Shown: one piece after another, positions 1 through 12,551 of the stretch
Layout of the letters: each line of letters opens with the position of its first letter
Position numbering within the stretch: the first letter of the stretch is position 1
Assembly: GCA_026770705.1 (NCBI GenBank)
Contig: JANJGN010000087.1
Coordinates: 682,001 to 746,000, forward strand
Source of the DNA: Isurus oxyrinchus
Lineage: Eukaryota
Reading direction: 5' to 3'
DNA length: 64,000 bases
The notes under the pieces: generated by a model
Seen by the model: only the letters and a program-made list of their open reading frames with translations
The model's database searches: none
Told to the model about the DNA's origin: nothing
Program-made: the position numbers and the translations under genes

Positions 1-3000
1 ATTGAAACTCTCGTCAATAAGATGTAATAAGTTTTATATATAATTCAAAACGATCGATGTCGAAATAAATTGAACTGCCTAAGATAGTCATTAAACAAAA
101 TTTTGGCTAAGTGAAATTGCCACTTCAATCTTCAATTCAAACGATATGAATAAAGGACGTAGCTAAATGTATAACGCCCGTTTTCAATCAATAACGCCCC
201 GACTCCAATGCTATCTGGCGGGAAAGCCCGCTGCGTCACAGATATTCAGTTTTCTCAGCCGGGAAGACTTTCAACTCCTGTCGAACCATACGGCACAGAA
301 ACATCAGGTGGCTGCCAATAGAGAAGATGGACCTTAATTCACGCGCGAAACCATCGCAATTTATAGCAAAGAATGAGGGTCTATGATCAAACGTGCCTGC
401 GCGGGTCCAAAACTAGCTTCCCGCCTAATCCCACTTTCCAGTTTTGATTACTTGCTTTGTGAGCTGCTGCACTTTCAATGTGCAACCGAACATGTTTTAA
501 ATGTGCTGAACTCCCGTCGTCTCACTCTATATTATTATGCATCAATATTCCATGAGACACTGGGTAGAAGTGTGAATTTTGAAAACACGTCCACAACTGC
601 CTTCCATAACATCCCAATATTTTAAGTAGTAAATACCAGTCCATGTCTTGATATGGTTAATTGTTTAATAATTTTGGGAGCCTCAATAGAGAACATAATA
701 CTGTCACATGGTAATCGCTCAACGTTCAGAAGCTGCAGTGCACTTAGAGTCAGGAAGGACCGCAGCAGTGTCCCGGCAGTGCGTTCCGGCGATGGGACTT
801 GAACATTAACCGATGCGTGGCTCTCCTTCCAACACCTTCTGAAAACTCGGCTGAGGTGGCAGTTAATTATTTGAAAACGGTTTGTACAGAGGTGGCTTCT
901 TTCTTCCAATTAACCGGTAGATGTGGTCATGTAAGAGCTCGAAAATGCCGCCTGGCAACACAGAGCAATGAGACCGAAACTGCCCATTAATGGATACAAT
1001 GTATCGACGTCCCTTTCCTACCCTTTTTTCCTGTGAGGAAGGAAAGGAAATAAGTCACCAAAACTGTACGGGATCATTGAAACTTACAGCAGAAACTTAC
1101 AAAAGAAGTGGTGAGTCACAACTATTGTTTTTCCTCCATTAGTTTGAAAATGAGCCATTTGCTACTACTTGTCCAATTGCCCTCTCAGAAATTTTAGGAA
1201 TATGATTACACCTTTATTTCTAATACTGCAGTCCACATCTTAGCAAGTTGCTGTTTGAAGAGCTTACTGTTCAGCAACCATGTTGACAATCATTATATGT
1301 TCATTCCCTCTAGCTACTGACACTTAGCCATTTGGCATACTTATTCCTACTCGCCAGTCTATGAAGTTCAAGAATATAAACGTTTTCCACGTACCTCATT
1401 CTCTGCGTGTGTCTGTTTTTGCATGTTTGTCTGTGTTTCGCTCAGTCTGCCTTGCTCCGGGCTTACTCTCTGTGGTTCATTGTCTGCACTTCTCTCCAAC
1501 GCTCTCTCCAGCTATTTGCTTGTATACAGGACTTTATCATGTATTAGAAGAAAAGAAACAAAAAAATGTGAGGCTGGAGATGCGCAAATAAAAATGTCAG
1601 AATAACTTGCAATCATTTCATCATCTTTGGAAGGAAGTGAGTAACGTTTCATGTCGAGATGACCTTTCACCAAAATCAGTTCTGGGCCACATGTCAGGTC
1701 ACTGCGACCTCAAACGTTAACAAATTGGTTACTGAGGGCCTTCGAATGATAACGAAAATTCACTTGAACATTAACAGACATTGTAAGACAAAGAGGATTA
1801 TCGTATCCAGCTTGAAGTGGGTTTTAAAATGGAGAAGAAAATGCCTGCGGGCAATAATACATGGAAAGAAAGATCACCATGAATTAAACAGGCTAAATTT
1901 TCCTCATCATTGTAAATATCAGAATCATCGTGGGCAGCTCAGTATTATCATGATTGATATTCGGTGTTGTTTGATCGTTGTAAGGTTTTATATTTTAAAC
2001 TTAGGTGATGTATTCTCTGCATCCTCACTTCAATCTATGTTTGAGCGAGAATAGCGTGCACGGCCTTGTGCCGTAAATTCAGCAACTTAATAAACACATG
2101 GAACAGTAAAAGATAAACTTGACTCACTGGTACATTTTCTCTAGAGGCCTTGTCACCTGGGGAAAGAGATAGGCACAGTCAAATCAAATATATATTTCTC
2201 TTTCTAAGGTGCAAGGCAGAAGGACCCAGTTTAAAAGTTTCTCAGATTAATAACTCGGTGTATATATTTGGCGCTGTTTGTTTCTACTCTTATTCTTTGT
2301 GGCTACATATTATATGTATTATTGCACTGTCTGTAGTCCCAAAACGAGAATAATTTGTCAACGATGTCAAGGGGAATTTGAAGATGACTCTATATAAGGA
2401 AATATTGGAAAGATTTAAGGTTCAAACAGCTGAACTGAGGGATAAAGCAAAGTATTGATATTGAAATAACCTTAAATCGAAAGTTATTGTGAATCTTCAT
2501 TGGCTAAATTTATTGCAGTTCATTGTTGTCACACTTGGTGAAATGCTTAATTGAAGAGTCAGTTGCTTGATTACCAATATCACCAATAACAGAGAACAAC
2601 ATTATTACTTGTGCGATTTTTCCAATTTTCCAGGAACTTGTATCTCGGAAAAAGTCCGCTCTGGAATCATTCCCTAAATAAAGCAGAAATGCACTTGCAC
2701 CATTTTCAGTAAACATTGCCAATCGTTTGAATTGAATGATGTTGCCATCATTCAGCGTGAGTCTTGGAGAGAAGTGGATACCACAGAGATATTTGTGGTA
2801 AAAAATGTGTTTTCTAAAGAAGAGCAATTAGTATTGAAGATGGCTGTGTGCATTCCCAAAGCAGTTCGCAGGCTGTAGAATCACAGAGCACTCGCTGTTT
2901 GGTTTGGTGTTCTGCTGATCAGACAGGAACACCAGTCGTTGTGGTTATACTTGCACGAGCATCTTAGTAGCTGCTCGCTTCTAATATTGACTTAATGCTA

Positions 3001-4156
3001 CTGGGCATTGAACATGTCCAAGCCAATTAATCGGCACAGCACATCTGGGTAACATCACCAATTCAGGAGAAAAAAAAATATATCAGAATGTTGCCGGGAA
3101 ATAATCCTAACCACTATCATAAATAGTTCGTCAGAGAACTAAATGTCGGTAACCTGTCGAGAGAATCTGACGTATGAAACACACATTGCGTTTGCCTTGG
3201 TGGGTTTAACAAACTATTGCATTTTCTGAGGATGTGGAAATCTACAGCCATAACGTGGGAAGTTTCCAACTCCACCACCCCCCTCAGCAAACCCCTCACA
3301 CCAGCCTCCACTCTGCAATGCCCTCGAACTACTGACCGTTTAGGATTCTGTTGAAAAATAAAAACATTTCAGTAGAGGCCGACTCCACAGAGCAGTCCTT
3401 GGGCACCCCTTTACAAAGGGTATTTGGATCTGGACTAAAAGAGCATGTCTATTTTGTTTGGATGCGGGATATGTTAATGATTAATGGGTCAGCATATATG
3501 TATTCTGTCAGTTTTAATTCTAATACATGGCTTAGATATGATGACAAGTGACAACAACTGGGGGATGTCTGAGATGTTAGGTCATTTTCAGAGCACTAGG
3601 TTAGCTTTTTCTGCATTGTATTCATATATTAGTGAGGGGTGAGTTGATGGGCCCTGGTCACTTTGTTAACTGTCGAATGCTTAATCAGTTCCTGCGTGCT
3701 CAGAAAATTGAAGATTTGGATATTGAGCTGAATTTTGTGGTGTTATGAGGTATAATTAATATATTATCTGCTGGCTATTGTACAGTCGTGTATGCGTTGC
3801 GTCATTTTTTGTTGGCTCAGCAAGGATTCATTGTTATTATGTGTTATTTGCATATCTAGCTTGGTGTAACTTATCTGTTTTGCACCTATCAATATACCAT
3901 CAAATTGTATTACACAGAATACCCCCAAGCAAGATTAAATTTGTTAATTTTTGTTTTGCTTGATCAGTGTTTCTACATAATGCTGAAGGATTTAATGTTT
4001 CACTTCTGATGACGGCTGTAATTCCGAAATATGAGACAGTTCCCCAATAACACACACCTTCGGAGTAGTAATGCATAGCAGCTTCCAAGAAAAATCAACG
4101 ACCAATCATTATCACTCCGAGTCTTCTGTACCCCTGGCGGGTTATATATCAGGTGA

Positions 4157-4755
4157 AAAAAACAAAAAAAAAACTGCGGATGCTGGAAATCCAAAACAAA
4201 AACAGAATTACCTGGAAAAACTCAGCAGGTCTGGCAGCATCGGCGAACAAGAAAAGAGTTGATGTTTCGAGTCCTCATGACCCTTCGACAGAACTTGAGT
4301 TCGAGTCCAAGAAAGAGTTGAAATATAAGCTGGTTTAAGGTGTGTGTGTGTGTGTGTGTGTGAGGGGGTGGGGGGCCAGTGGGGGGGGGGGGGGGGGGAG
4401 AGAGAGAGAGAGAGAGAAGTGGAGGGTGTTGGTGTGGGTGTAGGGACAAACAAGAAGTGATAGAAGCAGATCATCAAAAGATGTGACATCTTTTGATGAT
4501 CTGCTTCTATCACTGCTTGTTTGTCCCTACAACCACACCAACTCTCTCCACTTCTCTCTCTCTCTCTCTCTCTCTCCACCCCCCACATGCACACACACAC
4601 ACACATACCTTAAAGCAGCTTATATTTCAACTCTTTCTTGGACTCGAACTCAAGTTCTGTCGAAGGGTCATGAGGACTCGACAAGTCAACTCTTTTCTTC
4701 TCCGCCGATGCTGCCAGACCTGCTGGGTTTTTCCAGGTAATTCTGTTTTTGTTTT
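4157..4755. mobile_element. fold-back (inverted) Penelope pseudo-LTR element with 15-bp TSD
   Basis: Arms inverted about G4485 (AAAAGATGT-G-ACATCTTTT); right arm closely matches 30270-30536; TTATATATCAGGTGA at 4142-4156 and 4754-4768. Confidence 0.92.
4257..4295 (-). ncRNA. minimal hammerhead-ribozyme-like motif in Penelope pLTR (variant core CUGUCGA)
   Basis: AGTT CTGTCGA A GGGTC ATGAG GACTC GAAAC ATC AACT: stem I, core, stem II and GAAA. Sister copies at 4653-4691 and 30434-30472. Confidence 0.6.
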
Positions 4756-6369
4756 ATATATCAGGTGATATTGCTACTTTTAACACTATGTGGCGTTTAC
4801 AGAGAACCAATTTATCAATGTTGTTTCATATTCAATGTCGCCAATTGCTACTCATTTACTCCCACTTTAGCAAACATCTGTTCCTCAATAGAGACACAAC
4901 CAAAGTATTAGTTTAGTACAACAAGGATTCCCTCTGCCCACAATGGACTGTCTCTTTGGTAGTCGGAACCACACTTCAAAGGCCATTAAGTGAATGTAAC
5001 TAACGTCCAAACCATTTTCTCCTTACTCCTCAGTAGTACCAAGCTGTCGGTTGAAGGCGGGCGATGACTTTGCCTGATGTGCATTCCGTTTTCTAATCGG
5101 TCCAAAATTGTCCCCGGCTTTCCTTCGAAGGCTGTGCGACGACCTTGCCTTTGTTCACATAGTTTTAGCTTGTTTTTTTTTAATTGGCGGTTGATGATTC
5201 AAAATGCTAATGCAGGGCATTCGTACGCCCGTCTCATTGCTGTGAGTCAGCCTGTATAAAATGAGTAAGATTTAATGAGAGAGTCTATTCAGTTACTGTG
5301 TTCATATCAAACCTATGGATTGATTTATTATATTACTGATACATAGATCTGATTGCTATTTGAGAACTCAATGTAACCGGATATTTTATAGGGTCTTTTT
5401 CTTTCAGCTGAATGAGTCATATAATGGACCTTAAATTTGTATTTAGTAATTATTCGCTATATTGGAATAGTTCTGTTAATTGATAGTGCATCACTCTGCA
5501 GGTTTTCTTTTATTTCATTTTTATTTTTAAATGAGTACAATGTTAAGTACATCGGCAGCGGGTCGGATTGATATTCTTGAGCCACTTTGTTGTTTTTGGG
5601 TCAGTTTGCCATTGTTCATAGGCTTATGTTGCTAACAAGTTAACTGGAACAGTGTCAGTTTACGAGTGTTACGTAACATCATTGGTACATATTGCGGGTT
5701 CACAATACGTGAGTTGGGCCAGTGCAGCTTGATTTTAATAGACTTGCTTATTTTTTTATTTCAACGGATAAGAATGTGTCTTAATGGATTATTTTGTGCT
5801 GGAAGAACGACATTTACACCTTTTAGATTGCTCGAAATTAATGTTGTTTTATCGGGTTGAAGAGGGTTGGTTTGTGGGGAATTTTCCCTATTTGCGGAGT
5901 GAGGCAGTTAATTCTCAGCGGGTTAGTTCAATGGCAGTCGGGTAGCTAATGTCTCTGTGTTAGTTTGGAAGTGTTCGAAAATTTTAAATCCAGTCGATTA
6001 TGTTCTTAAAATGGGGCGGCGCATCAGCAGGCCGGCAATTTCCTGCTCTTCAATCAGCTTGGGAAGTGGATAACCTTTTGGGTTTTTGTTTGCTTTGTAA
6101 AAACATGGCCAAAACGTTAGTATTGCGCAGGTTTGAAGGTTTTGGATCACTTTGGAGGATGATTACTTATTTGCCAGGTTTCCGGTTACTTTCTAATCAC
6201 AATGTTACTTTATACGCCATGTTGCCAGCATATGGCCGAGTGTTACTGTATAGTCACAATGTCAGTTAATTGAGTTTTGGCTTTTCTATGAGTTTGGATT
6301 ATAATCACAAAGTTAATCAACTTGTAGTATTTTGTGTGTGTGTTCAGTCATTGACAGCAACACATTATC

Positions 6370-9300
6370 CATAAAATGGCAAATTGACGCACTCAATATG
6401 GCATACTTGTCTGGCATAGGACCTCTATCGTGCAGAATCTGAGCACCAACAGTCAGGCATTTCTTCTACACCCCATCTGGACCATAACCACATCAAACGG
6501 TACAATCAAGTGGTAGTTTCCAGGCCTGCCACCGAACTCAAATGCATGGAATGCCTTCCCACAACAGCCTCCAAACTCATGGTACCCCCACTCTGTACCA
6601 CCGACCTTTCCCTACTTCATATAATCCTCTCAAAAAGGACTGTCCTATGATACCCATTTACTCCACCTTTGCCTACCTCGGTGAAAGTATTTCTTCATAT
6701 TTGTCTAGATTTTTCTTCACATGACGCAGAAGTCTCCTCAACAGCTTCGTGATAACTCTGTCGCCCTCAAACTCATCATTAATTTCCAGTTCCTAATTGC
6801 CACACTTCACAATGTACATCCTATCCCTCCTGTCCTGCATCTGCCAAACTGGCACTTTGATGCTCTCAATTTCTTCAATGACCAGAGGCCCGAACAGTCC
6901 ACATCCACCCACGCCCATCGCAGCCGGGCTGAACTTTATCTCTCACTGAGAAAACAAACGTTAAATTGTTTTTACTTTCCTTTCATCAAATAAGAATCAC
7001 AGAGTCACACAGCTAAAACATTGCATTGAGGAACATTCGGCCCATCGTTACTGCTTCGGCACTCTAGGCATTTTAATTTAGTGCAAATCTCCTGTCCATT
7101 CCCCGTAAACCTTTTCGTTTGAGAATGTCCCTAATGGAAGGACGGTAGTGAAGGTAACGTCACACAGGATCAGAATTCAGCTGGCAAGATGGATACAGAA
7201 TTGGGTTGGTCATAGAAGGCAGACTATAGCAGTTAAGGGTCCTTATATGAATGGAGAATGGTAACTAGTGGTGCTCCGAAAGAATCGGTTCTTGGACCTT
7301 TTTCTTTTTGCAGTATACGGAAATGGTTTGAAGGAAACTGTAACTGGCCTAATTAGTAAGGTTGCGATGAGACTAAGTTTGGATGAGTTGCAGATCGTGA
7401 AGAGGTTTGTCAAAGGATTCCGCAGAATATAGATCTTTTGGAGACATGAGCGAAGAATTGGCAGATGGAGTTAGTCTGTGCAATTGTGAGGTCATGCATT
7501 TTGGAAGGAATGATACAAGTAGGAATTATAGAGCAAATGGTAGAAACCTTGAGTGCATCGACGGGCAGAGGGATGTGGTTTTACTGGTCCACAGGTCACT
7601 GAAAGTGGCAACGCAGGTCCACAAGGTAGTCAGGAAGGCATATGCCATGCTTGGCTTCATTGGCAGAGGTATTGAGTATTAAGGTTGGGTAGTCATGCTG
7701 CAGATGTATAGAACCTTGGTTAGACCACACTTGGCATATTGCGTGCAATTCTGGTCGCCACATTACCAGATGGATACGGAGGCATTGGAGAAGCTGCATT
7801 GTAGGTTTACCAGGAAGTTGCTGGCCTGGACATAATTAACTATGAGATGAGCTTGTAGAAACTCGGATTGTTCTCACAAGAGCGATGGAAATTGAGGGGT
7901 GACTTGATAGATGTTTATACAATTCTGATTGGCATGAACAAAGCAGATAGACAGAAGCGTTTTCCCAGGGTGGAAGATTCAATTACTAGGGCACATGGAT
8001 TTAGGGTGAGAGGAGAATACTATAGAGGAAACGTGCGAAGCAAGGTTTCTTTACGCAAAGGATAGTGAATGTCTGGAATGTACTGCCAGAGGAGGTGGTG
8101 GAAGCAGGCACGATAGTGGTGTTTAAGAGGCAGCTGGACAAATACACGAATAGGTTGGAAATAGAGAGATACGGAAACCAGAATTGCTAAATGTTTTACT
8201 TTGACAGGCAATATGATGGACGCAGGCTTGGAAGGCCGAAGTGCCTGTTCCTCTGTGGTGTTTTTCTTTCTTCTTTGTTCTTTGCGGTTTCTATTGAAAT
8301 AAACATCCAATAAATTCTTGAACGCCTCGATTGAACCTGCCAAAGCAACACTTCCATGCTGTACATTCAAAACCCTAATTTTTCACTGTTTGAAAAAGTT
8401 TTTGCTCACTTCAGATTTGCACTCATATAGGTGGGGTTATAGGTGGCAGCATGGACCCGAATTACATCTGACTTTTTCGGGGGTGGTCATGTTCTATGTT
8501 TCTAAATAAACTCCTAATCAGTCCCAATGCCAGAATTGATTCTTTTTTCTGGAACATTGATGACAGTTTTGCTGCCACTTTATGCTTTCTTCTGGACCAT
8601 GGGGAAAATAAAAACAATCAAATTTGCATGCAATTGCAGACCTTTCTCACCTCCACATCTTCCAACTCCGATTCTTTCCTTCCACGACTTTTCTGTCTCA
8701 ATTGCTGGTGATCGTCCGTGTACAAATATTATATACAAACCCACCAATTTCCACAGCTACCTCGGCTGTACGTACTCACATCCTGCTTTCCAATATCCAA
8801 CACCCCTGCCTCAAACATATCTCATGATGTTAGATTTCACAATAAAAATCCCAAATTGACTTCCTTCTTCCCCTGCCAAACAAGCTCCCACCTTTTGGCC
8901 CCTTGACCATGTCCGACGCATATCCAGAATTTCTGCATTCATTATTTCCCCTCCCTTTCTGAAGCCATGTGGTTGCCTATGGCCTCCTTCTCCATCCCAG
9001 CAGCCTGCATCACATACACGAAATGTAGCATGAGGTCAGGAGCAAACTTATCATCCCTTCTCTAATCTGGCGTCATTCCAAAGGAACATTTCTCTCTGTA
9101 GCCACTTGGATCAAACAACTAGCACCATTAAACCTTCATTGCCGTTCACCTGCATTCTCACCTGCAATAGCTGGAGGTGTAATACCTCGAAATTTACGTC
9201 CTACCTCTTTACCATTAAAGCCTCAAGAAATCCCTCCAGGTGAAGCCATGATTTACTTATACTTCCTTCAAAGCAGTCTACTATATTTGCTGCACAAAAC

Positions 9301-10025
9301 GCTATGTCGTCTACATTGGGAAGGCCGAGATCAAAATGAGTGTACTCTTTGCGAAAATAAATGAATGTTCTATGTCAGACATGAATCTTACCTTCTTGCT
9401 GCTTGCTATGTCACTTCACCAGCTTTGCTCTCATGCTCAAATTTCCATCTTCCATCTGTGGGAATCTTTCAATGTAGGACAATGGAGGCTGGAAGGACAC
9501 CTTCTTTGCAGTTAGGCAGTTGAAAGCCTGTTGGACTCAGCATTGAGTTTAACATCTTCAGGCAAAGCATTTTGTTCATTTTTTTCTGATTTAATTCTAA
9601 ACACGTGCAAGTCTGTAACTTGTTTCTTTGTTTTTGTTGTTGTTTTCAGTCAGAGCTAGCGCGTTTGTTTTGCCATTTTCTGCTAATTCGTTATTCTGGC
9701 TCAGGCAGTGCTCACATTTATTGCGCTATCGGCGTCTGGTCTAGAACTAATTATTAAACCTCAGCATTTCCTTGTCGTTCCCATTGTCTTGTGTTTCAGT
9801 ACATTTTCCTAATGATATTTCTCCTGCCCTCTCACATGTTCCTGACCTCTCAATTTGTACTCCTGTCCCTTCTTTGCCTGCCCCTTCTTTTTTTATTAAA
9901 ACAACATTAAACTGATCAGATTTCCACCTCTGTCCTGTTCCTAAGCAATAAGTAATATTGGACTCCTAATTTTATCTATGTTTCTCTCTTCCCAGATACT
10001 GACCATCAGGTATCTTTTCACGTAT
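6370..10025 (+). mobile_element. old Penelope-like element interrupted by nested CR1 insertions (6993-8427)
   Basis: 6880-6990 and 8428-9560 align by eye to consecutive parts of the 28.7-30.0 kb element (e.g. IIYKPTNFHSYL). Confidence 0.8.
7140..8285 (+). mobile_element. CR1 LINE 3' fragment nested in an antisense CR1 tail (6993-7110 / 8290-8427)
   Basis: CEVMHFGR, KAYAMLGFIGRGIEY, LRGDLIDVY motifs; CR1-type 3' tail. Confidence 0.85.
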
Positions 10026-11699
10026 TTTCAGCTGTTATTAAAATCGCAATATGATATGCTCTTCAATATTTTTCCTGTTGACGTGATATAAGTTGACCAT
10101 AAAACAAAATAACGTAACTGTTTTTCATGTGTGATAACAGTGGTTTGGTCATATTTTGAAAGATGCTTTCTGAAGTTACGTTGATCGTATGATATCAGGA
10201 GTAGATAGAATTGTCGCTCTGATGTAATACTTGCTTGGCAATGGTGAAGTGATGAAAACCTGAGGTGGACAAGTGAGCAGTATTTGAGGATTCGAGAGAT
10301 TTTCGCCCATATTTTTTTTATAACGGGTAGAGGCCAAAATGAAATAAGGCCACATGTAGGAAACAACTTCATTCAGAGAAAAACTTGTTAGAAGAGACAG
10401 TAGACCGAAGGAGAAGGTGGCAGTGGCGTAGATAGCTACTTTTCACTCTTTCTGATGCAGCCTTCCTCCACAAGGAGGACTCCTCCCCATTCATGAATAC
10501 ACGCGCCCTCCTTCGGCACCACCCACACAGTTAAACATTAACAACACAGAGATGTCTCTCCACACAGATCTGCCACCTCTCCCACTCTTACACAGCAACA
10601 GCCACAGGCTGAGTATCTTCACCAATAACAGACTCCGCATGCATGCAAATTCAGAGCAAGAATAGGTGATCGGACAACCTCAATCATCACTGATGTTATT
10701 GTGGACTCTACTAAACATTTCACTTAACCTGATCGGCTTTGGCTCCCTTCTTAGTTATGTATGCATTTACATCTGCCTTAAAAATAAATTGCACAGGCGC
10801 CGACGCCTCGTTTGGTTGGGCAAGAGAGATCGAAATGCTCATCAAGATCTGAGAGAAGCATTCGTCACACCTGTGTCTTAAATCTGAGAATCCATGTTCT
10901 TTAACTGATCCATCAAGTTCTAGACTCGCCCAAGAGGACAGATGTCCATTCACCATTCACCCTGTCAGGTTCTGTCAGGATCTTATATGTGTAAGTCAAA
11001 TCATCTCTCTTTCTTCGAAATTGGATCCTGCCCAAGACTGTTCAAACTTTCTACGTAAGCTAACTTGCATTTCCCCATCCCCTCACAAAACAATTAACAT
11101 ATCAATGTTAGTTGCCTTCTTTTCAAAGTATGCAGTAATTGCAGAAAATTGGGTGTGCAAAACATAATTTAAAAGTTTGCCAAAAACAGAAACGCTTGAA
11201 GGGTTACTTTGTTAAGACGATTGAGGTTAGTTTATTGAGAATCATGTGTATATTTTAAAATGGCTCCGAGGCAGAGAGGGCTGTTTTGTTCCAATAAATA
11301 TGTGAATCTGACCGACTAAGATGTTGAATCATACGGTCCTTCTGTTTTACAGGAAGAGTGATGAAGCTTAAGGGAAAAGACAGTCATGACAAACATGTGA
11401 GCAGCAATACTTCAGATTCAGCTGTAGTGTTGTGCGCAGTGTTTAACAGAACACAATAAGAATGACATGAAGGTATTACAGAGGAAGCACAGACTTGGCT
11501 CAAAGTGGCGGAATTCAATTATCTGATTAGGTGTGTGAAATTTGAACTGTTCTCCTTGAAGAGGAGGTGATTAATTGGAGTTATGATATTGGTGTTCATA
11601 ACAATGTGGATACTGTGCATTCTGTACAGGGAGAAAGTGTTCTCCTTCGCTAAGTTTATGGACGCTGGGATTAAAGCAAGGGCGAGCACTTCTGATCTC

Positions 11700-12245
11700 T
11701 AACACAATCCCTGAGATTCAATCTTCTCCACGGAACCAGTCAGGAGTGTGATGGTGTACTCCGCATTTGCCTGTGAGAGTGTGTAAGTCCAACAAAATTC
11801 GAGAAACTCGCCAACATACAGGACAAAGCAGGCCGCTCTTTGTTTGCCTTTTCCACGAACATTCATTACCTCCACCATCGACGCAAATTGGCAGCAGTGT
11901 GTACGATCAATAGCAAAGACTGCAGGCTCCACAACCCTTCTTACACAGCACCTTAGAATCTCACGCCCACTACAGCCTCCAAGTGCAAGGGCAGCTGACA
12001 GATTGGAAGACCACCACCTCCATTTTCCCCAGCATAACACACCATAATTACATGGAAATAAACCGCCTTTTAATCACTTTCGCTGTGTGAATTCCTGGAA
12101 TTCTACCTCACCGCACTGTAGGTGTAACTACACAACATGGAATTCAGCGGCTGTGGAAGGCAGCTCAGCACAAAATTCTCAAGGACAATTAGGAATATCC
12201 AATAATTGTTGGCCTTGCCAGCGACGCTCAAAGCCTATGGCTGCA
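11700..12245 (+). mobile_element. 3' fragment of a second CR1/L2-group LINE family
   Basis: Similar to 39190-39700 and 45430-45930; shared tail AATAA(A)TG(C)TGGCCTTGCCAGCGACGC. Confidence 0.65.
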
Positions 12246-12551
12246 TAAATGGTTAACAGAGAGCACTGTGGACACAAAGACCCTTACTTCACAGCGTCAC
12301 CTTTAACATAAATGGAACTGTCCACTCACAGAACAACTCCACTTTCGCACATCACGCCCACGGCTGACTGAGATGTTCGAGGACCAAGTAGCAACTGAAA
12401 AATTACCCACCACCCCCCAAACCTCCTCCCCCACATTCCGATCCATCTTGCTGAGTTTGCTCTTCTTTGATTATGATTCAGTCAGACAAAACCATCACCA
12501 TCATCAGGCTCCAGTATTCTTGGGCGAGGATCTCACACAGCTCGATGGCCA

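Noticed and set aside
170-1010. CpG-enriched stretch as a promoter
   Set aside because: Only modest CpG enrichment and no linked first exon identified.
4208-4768. Overlapping ORFs on both strands
   Set aside because: Artefacts of the palindrome and CA/GA microsatellites.
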